Below, piece by piece: positions 20,256 through 29,867 of a DNA stretch of 64,000 nt. Below the pieces are notes generated by a model. That model had not been told where the DNA came from, ran no database searches, and saw only the letters and a list, made by a program, of their open reading frames with translations. Both the position numbers and the translations under genes were made by a program. The stretch is from Hyphomicrobiales bacterium. Its GTDB lineage: Bacteria; Pseudomonadota; Alphaproteobacteria; Rhizobiales; UBA4765. The DNA lies in contig OZ252015.1 of NCBI GenBank assembly GCA_965247525.1, positions 1,310,210 through 1,374,209 on the forward strand, in the 5' to 3' direction. Each line of letters opens with the position of its first letter. Position 1 is the first letter of the stretch.

Positions 20256-21526
20256 TGCGCGATCATCTGGGGCGGCCGCTGATCGTTGTCACAGGCATGG
20301 GGCTCGTCACCTCGCTGGGCGCGGGCAAGACCGACAACTGGGCGGCGCTGAAAGCAGGGCGCTCCGGAATTCATGCCCTGAAACGGTTTTCAAACGAGGG
20401 GCTTAAAACCACAATCTGCGGCTCGGTCGATTTTGTCAGCGTGTCCCCGCATACCAGCACCGGTCTTTCATTTGCGCTTGCCGAAATGGCGGCGGAAGAG
20501 GCCGTAAGTCAAGCCAGACTTGGCGGCAAAGCGGACTTTCCCGGGCCGCTCGTCATCGCCGTTCCACCGGTTGAGCTTGGTTGGAATGAGCGGCAGATGA
20601 TCGCGGCCCGCGCGCCCCAGCCTGTGTCATATGATGGGCTGATTGAAACAGCGCCACAATTTGCCGACAGATTTGCGCAGTTCCAGTTTGCAACCGTTGG
20701 CGAACACATGGCGCAACGTTTTGGCACCAAAGGCATGCCGATTTCGCTCTCGACCGCTTGCGCGTCCGGCGCAACCGTCATTCAGACCGCTGCCGATGCG
20801 CTGCGGCGGGGTGAATGTGACAGCGTTTTGTGCGCGGCAACCGACGGGTCGATCGACGCTGAATCGCTCATTCGTTTTTCCCTGTTATCCGCTTTGTCCA
20901 CGCAGAACGCCGCACCTGAAAAAGCATCGAAGCCCTTTTCAAAAAACCGCGACGGTTTTGTCATGGCGGAAGGCGCGGCGGCGCTTGTGCTTGAGACCTA
21001 CGAACATGCAACCGCGCGCGGCGCCGAAATTCTGGGCTTTCTTGCAGGTTGCGGCGAGCGCGCCGACAATTTTCACCGTACTCGCTCAAACCCCGATGGC
21101 AAGGCCGTGATCGGCACCATTGAAAACGCTCTGGCCGATGCCGGTCTCCATGCCGGTCAAATCGATTATATCAATGCGCACGGCACATCGACGCCCGAAA
21201 ACGACAAAATGGAATATTTCGCCTGCACGTCAGTCTTTGGCGCGCGCATGGCGGAGCTGCCCATTTCGTCGAATAAATCGATGATTGGCCACACGCTGAC
21301 CGCGGCAGGCGCCATTGAGGCCGTAATTTCGCTCCTCACTTTGCACAACCAGCTTTTGCCACCCACCATCAATTATGACGTGCCGGACCCTGCACTTGTG
21401 CTCGATGTCGTCGCCAATACGGCACGGCCGGCCAAAGTCTGTGCGGTCATGTCAAATTCTTTCGGGTTTGGCGGTCAAAATGCGTCATTGATCTTCACCT
21501 CTGAGCCCGCTTCGTCTATCTCTTGA
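20252..21526 (+). CDS. beta-ketoacyl-ACP synthase II (FabF-like)
   Basis: LSTACASG active-site Cys, HGTSTPEND, GHTLTAAG. ATGA overlap with the upstream KS-like gene. The track start at 20198 is an extension. Confidence 0.9.
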   Translation: MMRDHLGRPLIVVTGMGLVTSLGAGKTDNWAALKAGRSGIHALKRFSNEGLKTTICGSVDFVSVSPHTSTGLSFALAEMAAEEAVSQARLGGKADFPGPLVIAVPPVELGWNERQMIAARAPQPVSYDGLIETAPQFADRFAQFQFATVGEHMAQRFGTKGMPISLSTACASGATVIQTAADALRRGECDSVLCAATDGSIDAESLIRFSLLSALSTQNAAPEKASKPFSKNRDGFVMAEGAAALVLETYEHATARGAEILGFLAGCGERADNFHRTRSNPDGKAVIGTIENALADAGLHAGQIDYINAHGTSTPENDKMEYFACTSVFGARMAELPISSNKSMIGHTLTAAGAIEAVISLLTLHNQLLPPTINYDVPDPALVLDVVANTARPAKVCAVMSNSFGFGGQNASLIFTSEPASSIS

Positions 21527-21529
21527 TCC

Positions 21530-22552
21530 ATGCGCGCCCTTCAGCTTTTTTCAGAACGTCACGTCGAACTGCGTGACATTCCCATGCCGCCGCCCCCAGC
21601 CCCGGGTGAGGTGCAGATCCGCGTGCGCGCGGTTGCGCTCAACCATATTGATGTCTGGGGCTTTCGTGGCATGGCGTTCACCAAGCGCACATTGCCGATT
21701 GTTGTCGGCGCTGAAGCCTCGGGGGAAATTGCCAGCATCGGTGCCGGCGTTACACATTTTAAAGTCGGCGATGCGGTTGCGATGTATGGCGCGCTTACCT
21801 GCGGTGTCTGTAAGGCCTGCAAAGAAGGCCGCGACAATCTGTGCGAAAATGTCGCTGGCGTTCTTGGCTTTCACGTCGACGGGTTTGCCCGCGAGTTTCT
21901 CAACCTTCCGGCGCGGCTCTGCGTGCCGGTGCCAGACGGCGTGTCGATGATCGATGCGGCCACCGCACCGATTACCTTTTCAACGGTCGAGCACATGCTG
22001 TTCGACAATGCCAAATTACAGCCGGGTGAAACCGTGCTTGTGCAGGCCGGCGGTTCGGGCATCGGCACCATCGCCATTCTTTTGGCAAAAGCGATTGGCT
22101 GCACGGTCATCACCACGGTCGGCGATGACGACAAAGGGCTGAAAGCCAAAGCGCTCGGCGCAGACCATGTCATCAATTACCGCAATGAACGTTTTGAAAG
22201 TGTCGTGCGCAAGATCACGGGCAAAAAAGGCGTTGATGTCGTGTTCGAACATGTCGGCGCGGACACCTGGAACGGGTCGTTGCTGTCGATGAAAAAAGGC
22301 GGGCGTCTTGTCACCTGCGGCTCCACATCGGGCGTCACCGTGCAGATGAATTTGATGCAGCTGTTTCAGCAGCAGTATAAAATTTTTGGCTCCTTTGGCG
22401 CGAGCATCAAGAATGTGGCGCAAGGGCTGGAGCGCATCGCCGCCGGCATTCATCCCGTCATCGACACGCGCGTGCCAATGTCCGATTTTGCGCAAGGGCT
22501 GGAGCGGCTGGAGCATCGCAAAGTGTTCGGCAAGGTCATCGTTGAGTTATGA
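21530..22552 (+). CDS. zinc-type medium-chain alcohol dehydrogenase/reductase of the VLCFA cluster
   Basis: CGVCKACKEGRDNLC Cys cluster and VQAGGSGIGT nucleotide-binding motif. Confidence 0.85.
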   Translation: MRALQLFSERHVELRDIPMPPPPAPGEVQIRVRAVALNHIDVWGFRGMAFTKRTLPIVVGAEASGEIASIGAGVTHFKVGDAVAMYGALTCGVCKACKEGRDNLCENVAGVLGFHVDGFAREFLNLPARLCVPVPDGVSMIDAATAPITFSTVEHMLFDNAKLQPGETVLVQAGGSGIGTIAILLAKAIGCTVITTVGDDDKGLKAKALGADHVINYRNERFESVVRKITGKKGVDVVFEHVGADTWNGSLLSMKKGGRLVTCGSTSGVTVQMNLMQLFQQQYKIFGSFGASIKNVAQGLERIAAGIHPVIDTRVPMSDFAQGLERLEHRKVFGKVIVEL

Positions 22553-22654
22553 TGACGCCATTCGGCTTGATGTCTTTGCACCATTCGGCTTGCGCCTCGG
22601 GTGCGCGGCCTCGGGCGTTATGATGACACCATACGCTAAATCTCGGGCGTTCTG
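22553..22654. repeat. copy of intergenic repeat family A between the adh and lpxXL genes
   Basis: gcaccattcggcttgcgcctcgggtgcgcggcctcgggcg matches 32688-32727. Internal direct repeat ttatgatgacRccatWcg. Confidence 0.75.
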
Positions 22655-23572
22655 ATGCGCCGCGCTGTCGCAATGCTTCGAAATGCAGTCATCGGCGTGC
22701 GCGACTTTTTTGTCGCCCTTCTTGTCTTTGCACTCTATGCCCTGATCCGCGCTTTGCCGACCCGCTTTGCGGTTGATTTTGGCGGGGCAGTGGCGCGCGG
22801 GCTGTCGCATGTCGTGCCGCGCTCGAAAATGGCATTGGCGCAGATCGCCGCCGCTTTTCCGGACAGGTCCGATGCCGAGCATAGGCACATCCTGCGCGAT
22901 GTCTGGGACAATCTTGGCCGTACCTGCGTCGAATATTGTCACCTCGACCGTATCTGGCATTACGATACCGCGCATCCCGAACTAAGCACGATCAAAGTCG
23001 ACGGGATTGAGACATTCGACACACTTCGCGATGATGAAAAACCTGCGATCATCGTCACGGCGCATCTGGCCAATTGGGAGCTGCCGATGGTGGCCGCGGC
23101 CCAGCACGGGCTGAACGCTGCCGCGCTTTACCGCGCGCCAAATAACAAATGGGTCGCGGCATGGGTCTTGAAGCGCCGCAAGCTGGCAATGGGACGCCTG
23201 ATTGCCTCACGCCGCGGCAGCATTCACGCGATGTCAAACGCGCTGGAGCAAAGCGAGCATCTTGGTATTTTGACGGACCAGCATTTTATGGGCGGCATAG
23301 AATCGCAATTGTTCGGGCGGCGCGTCTTGTCCAATCCGGCCTTTGCCCGTCTGGCGCGGCTGCACGAATGTCCCGTTCATGCCGTGCGTGTGATCCGCGC
23401 GCAAAAGGGTTTCAAGGTTGAACTGACGCCGGAATTAAATTTGCCGCGCGGCGCGGACGGCAAGATCGATGTGCAAGGCGCGGTCGATATGGTCAACGCG
23501 CTGTTCGAGCAATGGATCACGGAACATCCCGGCCAGTGGCTGTGGCTGCACAGACGATGGCGCACGCTTTAA
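22655..23572 (+). CDS. lpxXL: lipid A late acyltransferase (LpxL family, LpxXL-type by context)
   Basis: HX4E acyltransferase motif TAHLANWE. Last gene of the acpXL cluster. An alternative ATG lies at 22673. Confidence 0.82.
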   Translation: MRRAVAMLRNAVIGVRDFFVALLVFALYALIRALPTRFAVDFGGAVARGLSHVVPRSKMALAQIAAAFPDRSDAEHRHILRDVWDNLGRTCVEYCHLDRIWHYDTAHPELSTIKVDGIETFDTLRDDEKPAIIVTAHLANWELPMVAAAQHGLNAAALYRAPNNKWVAAWVLKRRKLAMGRLIASRRGSIHAMSNALEQSEHLGILTDQHFMGGIESQLFGRRVLSNPAFARLARLHECPVHAVRVIRAQKGFKVELTPELNLPRGADGKIDVQGAVDMVNALFEQWITEHPGQWLWLHRRWRTL

Positions 23573-23703
23573 GTCAAAGCCCTTACGTAAAACAACTGAA
23601 GGTTTTAAATCGATTTTAAAGCATGAGCGACACGTTTCGCGCTGCAGGCTATCACCTGCTGCGGCTTCAAAAGAAACGCTGTAGCGGCTTCTAAAGCGAT
23701 GTG

Positions 23704-24150
23704 TCAGGCCGTTCCCATCACCTTCTGGCGAAGGTGAACGCGTGTGCGTGGTTCAATTCCGATCAGGTCGGCAATGCGTTTGACGATCGAGTTTTCAAAC
23801 TCGTCAATTTCGCCATCGGCGAGCGCCATTTCCCAAAGCATTTCGATGATACGCAAGCGCCCCGCCTCATCGAGCGAACGCTTTACGAGGCTGGTGAAAT
23901 TATAAAGATCGACCGCTTCATTGTCCTGTCGCTCTGCTTCGGCGATCAGCTCAGACGTCTGCGCGTCACCAAGACCAAACGCGTTTGTTAAAAGCGCGCT
24001 CAGCTTGGCGCGCTCGCTGGGGCTCACTGTGCCGTCAATCGCCATCACATGCACAAGCAAAGCGGCAATCGCGGTGCGGTGATCATCGGCGGCAAAACCG
24101 ATTTGGTTTTCAGTTTCCTGACTAAAAAATTGACGGAGGCGTTCAAACAT
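23704..24150 (-). CDS. TerB-family (tellurite resistance-like) protein
   Basis: TerB-like helical repeats IAALLVHVMAIDG and ALADGEIDEFE. 8-nt overlap with the upstream YihY gene. Confidence 0.65.
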   Translation of the reverse strand: MFERLRQFFSQETENQIGFAADDHRTAIAALLVHVMAIDGTVSPSERAKLSALLTNAFGLGDAQTSELIAEAERQDNEAVDLYNFTSLVKRSLDEAGRLRIIEMLWEMALADGEIDEFENSIVKRIADLIGIEPRTRVHLRQKVMGTA

Positions 24151-25060
24151 TGGGCGAGCTCTTTTTCACATCGATGGGCAGCAAAGTTGATCCGGGCGGT
24201 TTCTTTTTGGCGTCGCGGTTGCGGCGCCAAGCGGCGTTAAATTCACCGCCAAGGATGAAAATGACAGAATTAAAGTAAAGAAAAATCAGCGCGATCAAGA
24301 CGGAGGCAAAGCCCGCATAGGTGGTGGCATAAGTCGCATAAGAGCTGAGATACCAGGCAAAGGCCAATGCCGCGAACAGCCAGAGCGCAACGGTTGCAAG
24401 AATGCCGGGAACGATCTCGTAAATCTTGCGCTGTCCAGCAGGCAGCCACAAATGGGCAACAAACAGGCCAAGCAGCAAGATCACCAGCGTCACCGCATAA
24501 CGCGATGCAAAAATCTGGTCGCGGACGTGGTCGATCTCAAAGCGAAATTGCGGAAAGAGATTGGCCGCCGTTTCAAAAAGTGTCGGCGCCAGCACGATGA
24601 GAAACGAGATTGCTAGTAGTCCTGCCGCGCCCAGCAGCACGAAAAAGATCGACTGCGCGCGGGTGCGATACCAGTAGCGCGTTTCCGTGACGCCATAAGC
24701 GCGGTTAAGGCCGATGCGGATGGCCTCTACCCCTGACGACGAAAACCACAGCATCAAAGCGCCGCCGATTGTCAGCAGCCCGGGGCGCTGGTTGGTCAGC
24801 ACGTGATGGACCTCTTCCTGCAAAGGTTTCATCACGCCTTCCGGCCAGGCCTGAAAGGTGAGATTGACGACTTGGTCAGCAAGGCCGGCCGAGCCGATAA
24901 AGCCGGCAATGGCGGTGACAAAAATCAAAAACGGAAACAAAGCCAGCAGCACGGAGAGCGCGATATGGCTCGCAATTGCCCAGCCGTCATTATAGGTGAA
25001 CCGCCAGTAAGCGTCCCAAATGATCAAGGCGGTGCGCTGAAGTCTTTTAAAAACAGGCAT
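24143..25060 (-). CDS. YihY/BrkB-family inner membrane protein
   Basis: About 6 TM helices with YihY-like layout. Confidence 0.75.
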   Translation of the reverse strand: MPVFKRLQRTALIIWDAYWRFTYNDGWAIASHIALSVLLALFPFLIFVTAIAGFIGSAGLADQVVNLTFQAWPEGVMKPLQEEVHHVLTNQRPGLLTIGGALMLWFSSSGVEAIRIGLNRAYGVTETRYWYRTRAQSIFFVLLGAAGLLAISFLIVLAPTLFETAANLFPQFRFEIDHVRDQIFASRYAVTLVILLLGLFVAHLWLPAGQRKIYEIVPGILATVALWLFAALAFAWYLSSYATYATTYAGFASVLIALIFLYFNSVIFILGGEFNAAWRRNRDAKKKPPGSTLLPIDVKKSSPNV

Positions 25061-25197
25061 GGCAACTCATCGGCAACCTATGCCGTATTTGCAGGCCTTA
25101 TGCCAGAAGGCGCATAAAACTTTGCAAAGCGTTGCATCTTTATCAAAAGTGGGTAATTTGCTCAACTATCAAATTCATCAATTTTAATGAGGTATTC

Positions 25198-25752
25198 ATG
25201 TCACATTTCAAAATAACCAGCACAAACCTGGCTGCCGCCAATTCAAATTTGATTTTGGCCGTGCCGTTCAATGCGGCCATTGCACAGCAAACCACACAGC
25301 CGCAGAAAAAGAAAAAGACCACCCGTAAACATGTCGCGCGCAAAAGCCAGCCGCGTCGGATTGCCCCATCTTCAACAACGAGTATTGCCGATTTGCGTCA
25401 GGCGGATGAGCAACGGTTGAAGGCCAAAAAGGGCATGGGCGATTTGCGCCAGATGGAAGAAGAAAACGCCAGGTCGAAAGTCATGACAATGGCTGATCTG
25501 CGGATGCGCGATGACGCTGCAAAAAACATTGACACGAGTGTCGCTGAAACCTTAGGCAAGCTGCCGCAAAGGCTCAGCACTGACGATGTCTCCAAACTGA
25601 CAGATCGTCTTGGAAATGCATATTATCTTTCAAAAGAGCAGTTTCCTGACATGGAAACCAGTTTCAGCAGAGGCGACAATATGTCGGTCAAATACTACAT
25701 CAGCTATGATGCTTACAAAGCCATCGTCCTCAATAGGACGACTTCAAAATAA
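25198..25752 (+). CDS. hypothetical secreted protein (184 aa)
   Basis: GAGG RBS 5 nt before ATG 25198. N-terminal signal-like segment ending AIAQQ. KKKK tract. Three (A/G)DLR(Q/M) repeats. Confidence 0.5.
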   Translation: MSHFKITSTNLAAANSNLILAVPFNAAIAQQTTQPQKKKKTTRKHVARKSQPRRIAPSSTTSIADLRQADEQRLKAKKGMGDLRQMEEENARSKVMTMADLRMRDDAAKNIDTSVAETLGKLPQRLSTDDVSKLTDRLGNAYYLSKEQFPDMETSFSRGDNMSVKYYISYDAYKAIVLNRTTSK

Positions 25753-25771
25753 ACTTGGGTATATCACCTGT

Positions 25772-25800
25772 AAAAAAGCGGCGTTCAAACCGCTTTTTTT
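25772..25800 (+). terminator. Rho-independent terminator
   Basis: aaaaaaGCGG-cgttcaaa-CCGCttttttt. Confidence 0.75.
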
Positions 25801-25861
25801 ACATTTGCCATAGGCCGATGCGACAAGTCGTGACAATCTGGCGAGGGAGTTTTTTTAAAGC

Positions 25862-26413
25862 ATGCCCCGCCTTTTCACCGGCCTTGAAATTCCAGGCTCA
25901 CTGAATGACTATTTTGCCAGCCTGCGAAGTGGATTGCAGGGCGCGCGTTTTATCGACCCTTCCGACTATCACCTGACGCTGCGTTTTATCGGCGATGTCG
26001 GCTATGACCTTGCCAACGACTTGGCCGATATGCTCGGCCATCTCTCAATGCCGCGCTTTTCGCTGAAGATCAGCACGTTCAGCAGTTTTGGCAAAGATGA
26101 AGCACCGCACTCTCTGGTTGCAACGGTTGCGCCTTGCCAAATTTTAAGCGAGTTGCAGCATGATCATGACCGGCTTGCCAAAAAGCTGGGCCTGCCGGCC
26201 GATGCCCGTAAATTTAGTCCGCATGTGACATTGGCGCGTCTTAAACCAAGCGCTGCCCCGTATATCGGGGACTGGCTTGTGCAACACAGTCCACCCTTGT
26301 CGAAACCCTTTGAAATGACGCGTTTTGCGTTGTTTTCATCTCGTCATTCCACGGGCGGCGGCCCCTATGTCGTGGAGAAAACCTATCCGCTTGAAAGAAA
26401 TGTATTGAAATAA
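25862..26413 (+). CDS. thpR: RNA 2',3'-cyclic phosphodiesterase (2H phosphoesterase, ThpR/LigT)
   Basis: Two HxT motifs: HLTLRFIG and HVTLARL. Confidence 0.85.
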   Translation: MPRLFTGLEIPGSLNDYFASLRSGLQGARFIDPSDYHLTLRFIGDVGYDLANDLADMLGHLSMPRFSLKISTFSSFGKDEAPHSLVATVAPCQILSELQHDHDRLAKKLGLPADARKFSPHVTLARLKPSAAPYIGDWLVQHSPPLSKPFEMTRFALFSSRHSTGGGPYVVEKTYPLERNVLK

Positions 26414-26505
26414 TTCCCTGTGCATTGTCATAAAACTGTGACTGAAAAAAATTAAATCCTGCGTATAAAATTGTAACGCTGCCTCACACTGAAGTTTGAT
26501 TTCTT

Positions 26506-27852
26506 ATGGTTCACCGACGCGAAAGCGCCACGCGAAAGCGACGTCCAAGCTTACAAAAAACGCCCACCACACCCACGCCTGAATCCGATTTTAAAAAAGT
26601 TATTACGCCTTCGCCCTCGCATCAAAAAAGTGATGCTTCCCTTTCACCAGGCTCAACCGCTCAAAACAGCCTGTCGAAAAATTCCTCCATTTTGAAACAC
26701 AATGCTGCGTTTAAAGCATCGCCGGCCTCAGCGCCGATGGCCAAGCCACAGCAGGACAGCGGTCCTTTACGCCTTGCTTCCGACTTTTGGAAAAAGCCGT
26801 CTTTTCAAGTGCCGAGCGTTGAGTTTTTGAACAACAATATATTTGGCCAAAGGCTGGCGCTGGCGGGCAATGGTCCGCGTGCTTTGTTCGCGCAGTCTAA
26901 AACAGGCGCGGCGCAGACAAAGCCAATGCAATTCCTTCAAACCGATGACCGAAACCATATTTCGGACGAACATACAAAACCGGGTGCGGCAGCGCCAACG
27001 GCGCGGGTCGTCAATCCCTTGATGTCGGCCTTCGGGCTGACGACACTTTTCAGCAATTGGTACAATCGCAAGATCGACCATTACCGCGTCGGTGATAACC
27101 GCGCCTTTCTCAAAGGCTGGGGGAAAACTCCGGCCAATGCCCGAAAAATGGGCCACGGCCCGGATATAATCGGCACAGTGACGGATGTTATCGGCCTTGG
27201 GCTGAACGAGCTCGGCTACCTGCCGCAGATCCGCGCCAAAATTGCCGATGCCGAACAAAAAGGCGATGAGGCGGGCGCTGAAAAATGGAAGCGAAGCCTG
27301 TTTTATGGTCGCCTCAACACATTCGGCACACTCGCCTCTCTGGCGCCAACCTTAAGGCCCGGAGACCACCGCTATTATGGGTCGCGCTTCCTGCGCATGC
27401 CTCTTGCCGTCGCCAAATCGGCGATCATGCTCGACGGCATTCAGCAGGACTACAAAAACGGGCTTTTAAACAAACGCGATGCCGCAGCCTATAGCTTCAG
27501 CGGTGCCATACGTGCGGGCATTGCTGGCGGACGGTTGCTGATCATCAATAACAGGCTGCGCAAATATACCGATAAAATCAACAATATCGCCTATGATATC
27601 GATATGGGTGCCAGCGCAATTGAAAACGTTTTTATCAGCTGGTCAGGTCTTGTCCGCGGCCAGACACAGCCTGTCGACGCCTGGGCCGAAATTTACCGGC
27701 GCGTCGCACCCGAAGGTGCCGATGACACGATGCTCGCCATCAGCGGGGGCGTCAACAATGCCATGGACACGATCGGCATGCACGACAAGAACAGCGCGCT
27801 GCGCAAAAAGCTCAGCTATCTGACAGGCGACTGGCGCAGCTTGTTGCCTTAA
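26506..27852 (+). CDS. hypothetical protein (448 aa), basic Pro/Ser/Thr-rich N-terminus
   Basis: Long ORF with no recognisable domain, signal peptide or obvious RBS. Start uncertain. Confidence 0.5.
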   Translation: MVHRRESATRKRRPSLQKTPTTPTPESDFKKVITPSPSHQKSDASLSPGSTAQNSLSKNSSILKHNAAFKASPASAPMAKPQQDSGPLRLASDFWKKPSFQVPSVEFLNNNIFGQRLALAGNGPRALFAQSKTGAAQTKPMQFLQTDDRNHISDEHTKPGAAAPTARVVNPLMSAFGLTTLFSNWYNRKIDHYRVGDNRAFLKGWGKTPANARKMGHGPDIIGTVTDVIGLGLNELGYLPQIRAKIADAEQKGDEAGAEKWKRSLFYGRLNTFGTLASLAPTLRPGDHRYYGSRFLRMPLAVAKSAIMLDGIQQDYKNGLLNKRDAAAYSFSGAIRAGIAGGRLLIINNRLRKYTDKINNIAYDIDMGASAIENVFISWSGLVRGQTQPVDAWAEIYRRVAPEGADDTMLAISGGVNNAMDTIGMHDKNSALRKKLSYLTGDWRSLLP

Positions 27853-27930
27853 GCCGTCGAATTAAGGCAGGCGGATTTACAGACAGCGCCAACACGCCTA
27901 TTCAAAAGCTTTGCCGCTTTTGGAGCGCAC

Positions 27931-29418
27931 ATGATGCCGATCGCCCATAACTCTTACATACGCCGCACTTTTGTTCTGCTTTTTTGCGGTCTTGTCGCAT
28001 TGCTTTGCATTGTCGGGGCCTCGCTCTGGCTGGCCCAGCGCAGCGACAGCGATTTTGAAACAATGGTTGCAAACCGCCAGCTCCGGATTGCGGCGAGTGA
28101 TATTTTGTCGCTGGTGCAGGATGCCGAAACAGGACAACGTGGTTATATTATTTCAGAAAACGCCGAGTTTTTGGAGCCTTATAATTCTGCAGCCTCGCAA
28201 TTTCAGGAAAAGCTCAGCCGGTTCGATAATCTTCTGGGTGAGCGCGATGATGTACGGCAAAAAATCGATACGGTATTGCATGCAAAAATGGACGAGCTGC
28301 ACCAGACTGTGGCCCTGGCGCAGAAAGGTGATTTTGCACAGGCGCGCGAGATTATAAAAAACCGGCGCGGCAAAGTGTTGATGGATCAGGCAAGAACCAA
28401 TCTGGGTGTGGTGCTCAATAACGCTGAACAAAAAATGGCCATGGTAACATTGGAGCAGCGGCAGAACCTGCACAATTTGCGTCTTGTGACACTTGTTGGG
28501 GCAATCGTCATTTTGCTGGTGATTGCCGGCGCACTCATCACCACTTTGCAATACCTGCGTGAGCTAGCGGCCTCGCGCCTGTTGCTTGAGAATGTGAATG
28601 CGAGCCTGGAAACAAGGGTTCAGGAGCGTACACAAGATCTCGTGCGCGCCAACGAAGAGGTGCAGCGTTTTGCCTACATCGTCACGCATGACCTGCGCGC
28701 GCCGCTGGTCAATGTCATGGGATTTACGGCGGAGCTGGAAACAACGTTGAAAACCATTCAGGACTATGTCCTTGCCGAAGGCGAGGTGCGTGAAAACGTT
28801 ATTCATGAGGCAAGGCTGGCCGCGCAAGAGGACCTGCCGGAGGCCATTGGTTTTATCCGCTCATCGACCCGTAAAATGGATGGGCTGATCAATGCGATCT
28901 TGAAAATTTCACGAGATGGGCGCCGGCCGCTTAACCGTGAAAAAGTGGATTTAAAAGAGCTGGCACAGGGAACGGCCGATACGCTTCACCATCAGGTCAG
29001 TGAAAATGGCGGCCAGATTGCGATTGGCTCAGGCCTGCCGACAATCATCAGCGACAGGCTGTCACTGGAGCAGATTTTCAGCAATCTGTTTGACAATGCG
29101 TCCAAATACAGCGCGCCAGAACGGCCGCTGGAGGTCAAAGTCTCCGGGGAGCGCAAAAACAATGGTGATATTGTTGTTAGCATTGCCGACAATGGCCGCG
29201 GCATTACCGAAAGCGACCACCAGCGCATCTTCGACCTGTTCCGGCGCTCAGGCGTGCAGGACAAGCCTGGCGAAGGCATCGGCCTTGCGCATGTCAGAAG
29301 CCTGGTGCGCAATCTTGGCGGCGATATTGTCGTCGCGTCTTCCCTTGGACAGGGAACAACTTTCAGGATAACACTGCCAACAGATATTAAAAACGTGCCA
29401 AGGAGTACCATGAATTGA
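27931..29418 (+). CDS. CHASE3-domain sensor histidine kinase
   Basis: TM-CHASE3-TM layout (ETGQRGYIISENAEFLEPY). H-box THDLRAPL. DNASKY, DNGRGI and GEGIGL boxes. GGAG RBS. Confidence 0.88.
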   Translation: MMPIAHNSYIRRTFVLLFCGLVALLCIVGASLWLAQRSDSDFETMVANRQLRIAASDILSLVQDAETGQRGYIISENAEFLEPYNSAASQFQEKLSRFDNLLGERDDVRQKIDTVLHAKMDELHQTVALAQKGDFAQAREIIKNRRGKVLMDQARTNLGVVLNNAEQKMAMVTLEQRQNLHNLRLVTLVGAIVILLVIAGALITTLQYLRELAASRLLLENVNASLETRVQERTQDLVRANEEVQRFAYIVTHDLRAPLVNVMGFTAELETTLKTIQDYVLAEGEVRENVIHEARLAAQEDLPEAIGFIRSSTRKMDGLINAILKISRDGRRPLNREKVDLKELAQGTADTLHHQVSENGGQIAIGSGLPTIISDRLSLEQIFSNLFDNASKYSAPERPLEVKVSGERKNNGDIVVSIADNGRGITESDHQRIFDLFRRSGVQDKPGEGIGLAHVRSLVRNLGGDIVVASSLGQGTTFRITLPTDIKNVPRSTMN

Positions 29419-29861
29419 ACGCTCAACCTCAGGCTGTCACCATTGTCATGGTCGAAGACGATGAAGGCCATGCGCGCCTTATCGAGAAAAACATTCGCCG
29501 CGCTGGCGTCAACAATGAAATCATCCCGTTTACAAACGGCACGGACGCCTTAAAATATCTGCTGGGCACAGATGGCTCTGGGGAAGTCAGTTCGCGGCGC
29601 CAGCTTCTTATTTTGCTGGATCTGAATTTGCCGGACATGACCGGCATTGATATTTTGCAGAAAATCAAAAACAACACTTACACCAAATTGTCACCCGTGG
29701 TTGTGCTGACAACTACAGACGATGCGCGCGAAATTCAGCGCTGCTATGATCTTGGCGCCAATGTCTACATCACCAAGCCGGTCAACTATGACGGATTTGC
29801 CAATGCCATCCGCCAGCTCGGCCTGTTCTTTTCTGTGATGCAGGTTCCGGAAACAACCTGA
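29415..29861 (+). CDS. single-domain response regulator (receiver only)
   Basis: VEDDEGH, LLDLNLPDMTG, YITKP. TTG start overlaps the kinase stop, with AGGAG 9 nt upstream. Confidence 0.85.
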   Translation: MNAQPQAVTIVMVEDDEGHARLIEKNIRRAGVNNEIIPFTNGTDALKYLLGTDGSGEVSSRRQLLILLDLNLPDMTGIDILQKIKNNTYTKLSPVVVLTTTDDAREIQRCYDLGANVYITKPVNYDGFANAIRQLGLFFSVMQVPETT

Positions 29862-29867
29862 ACTTAG

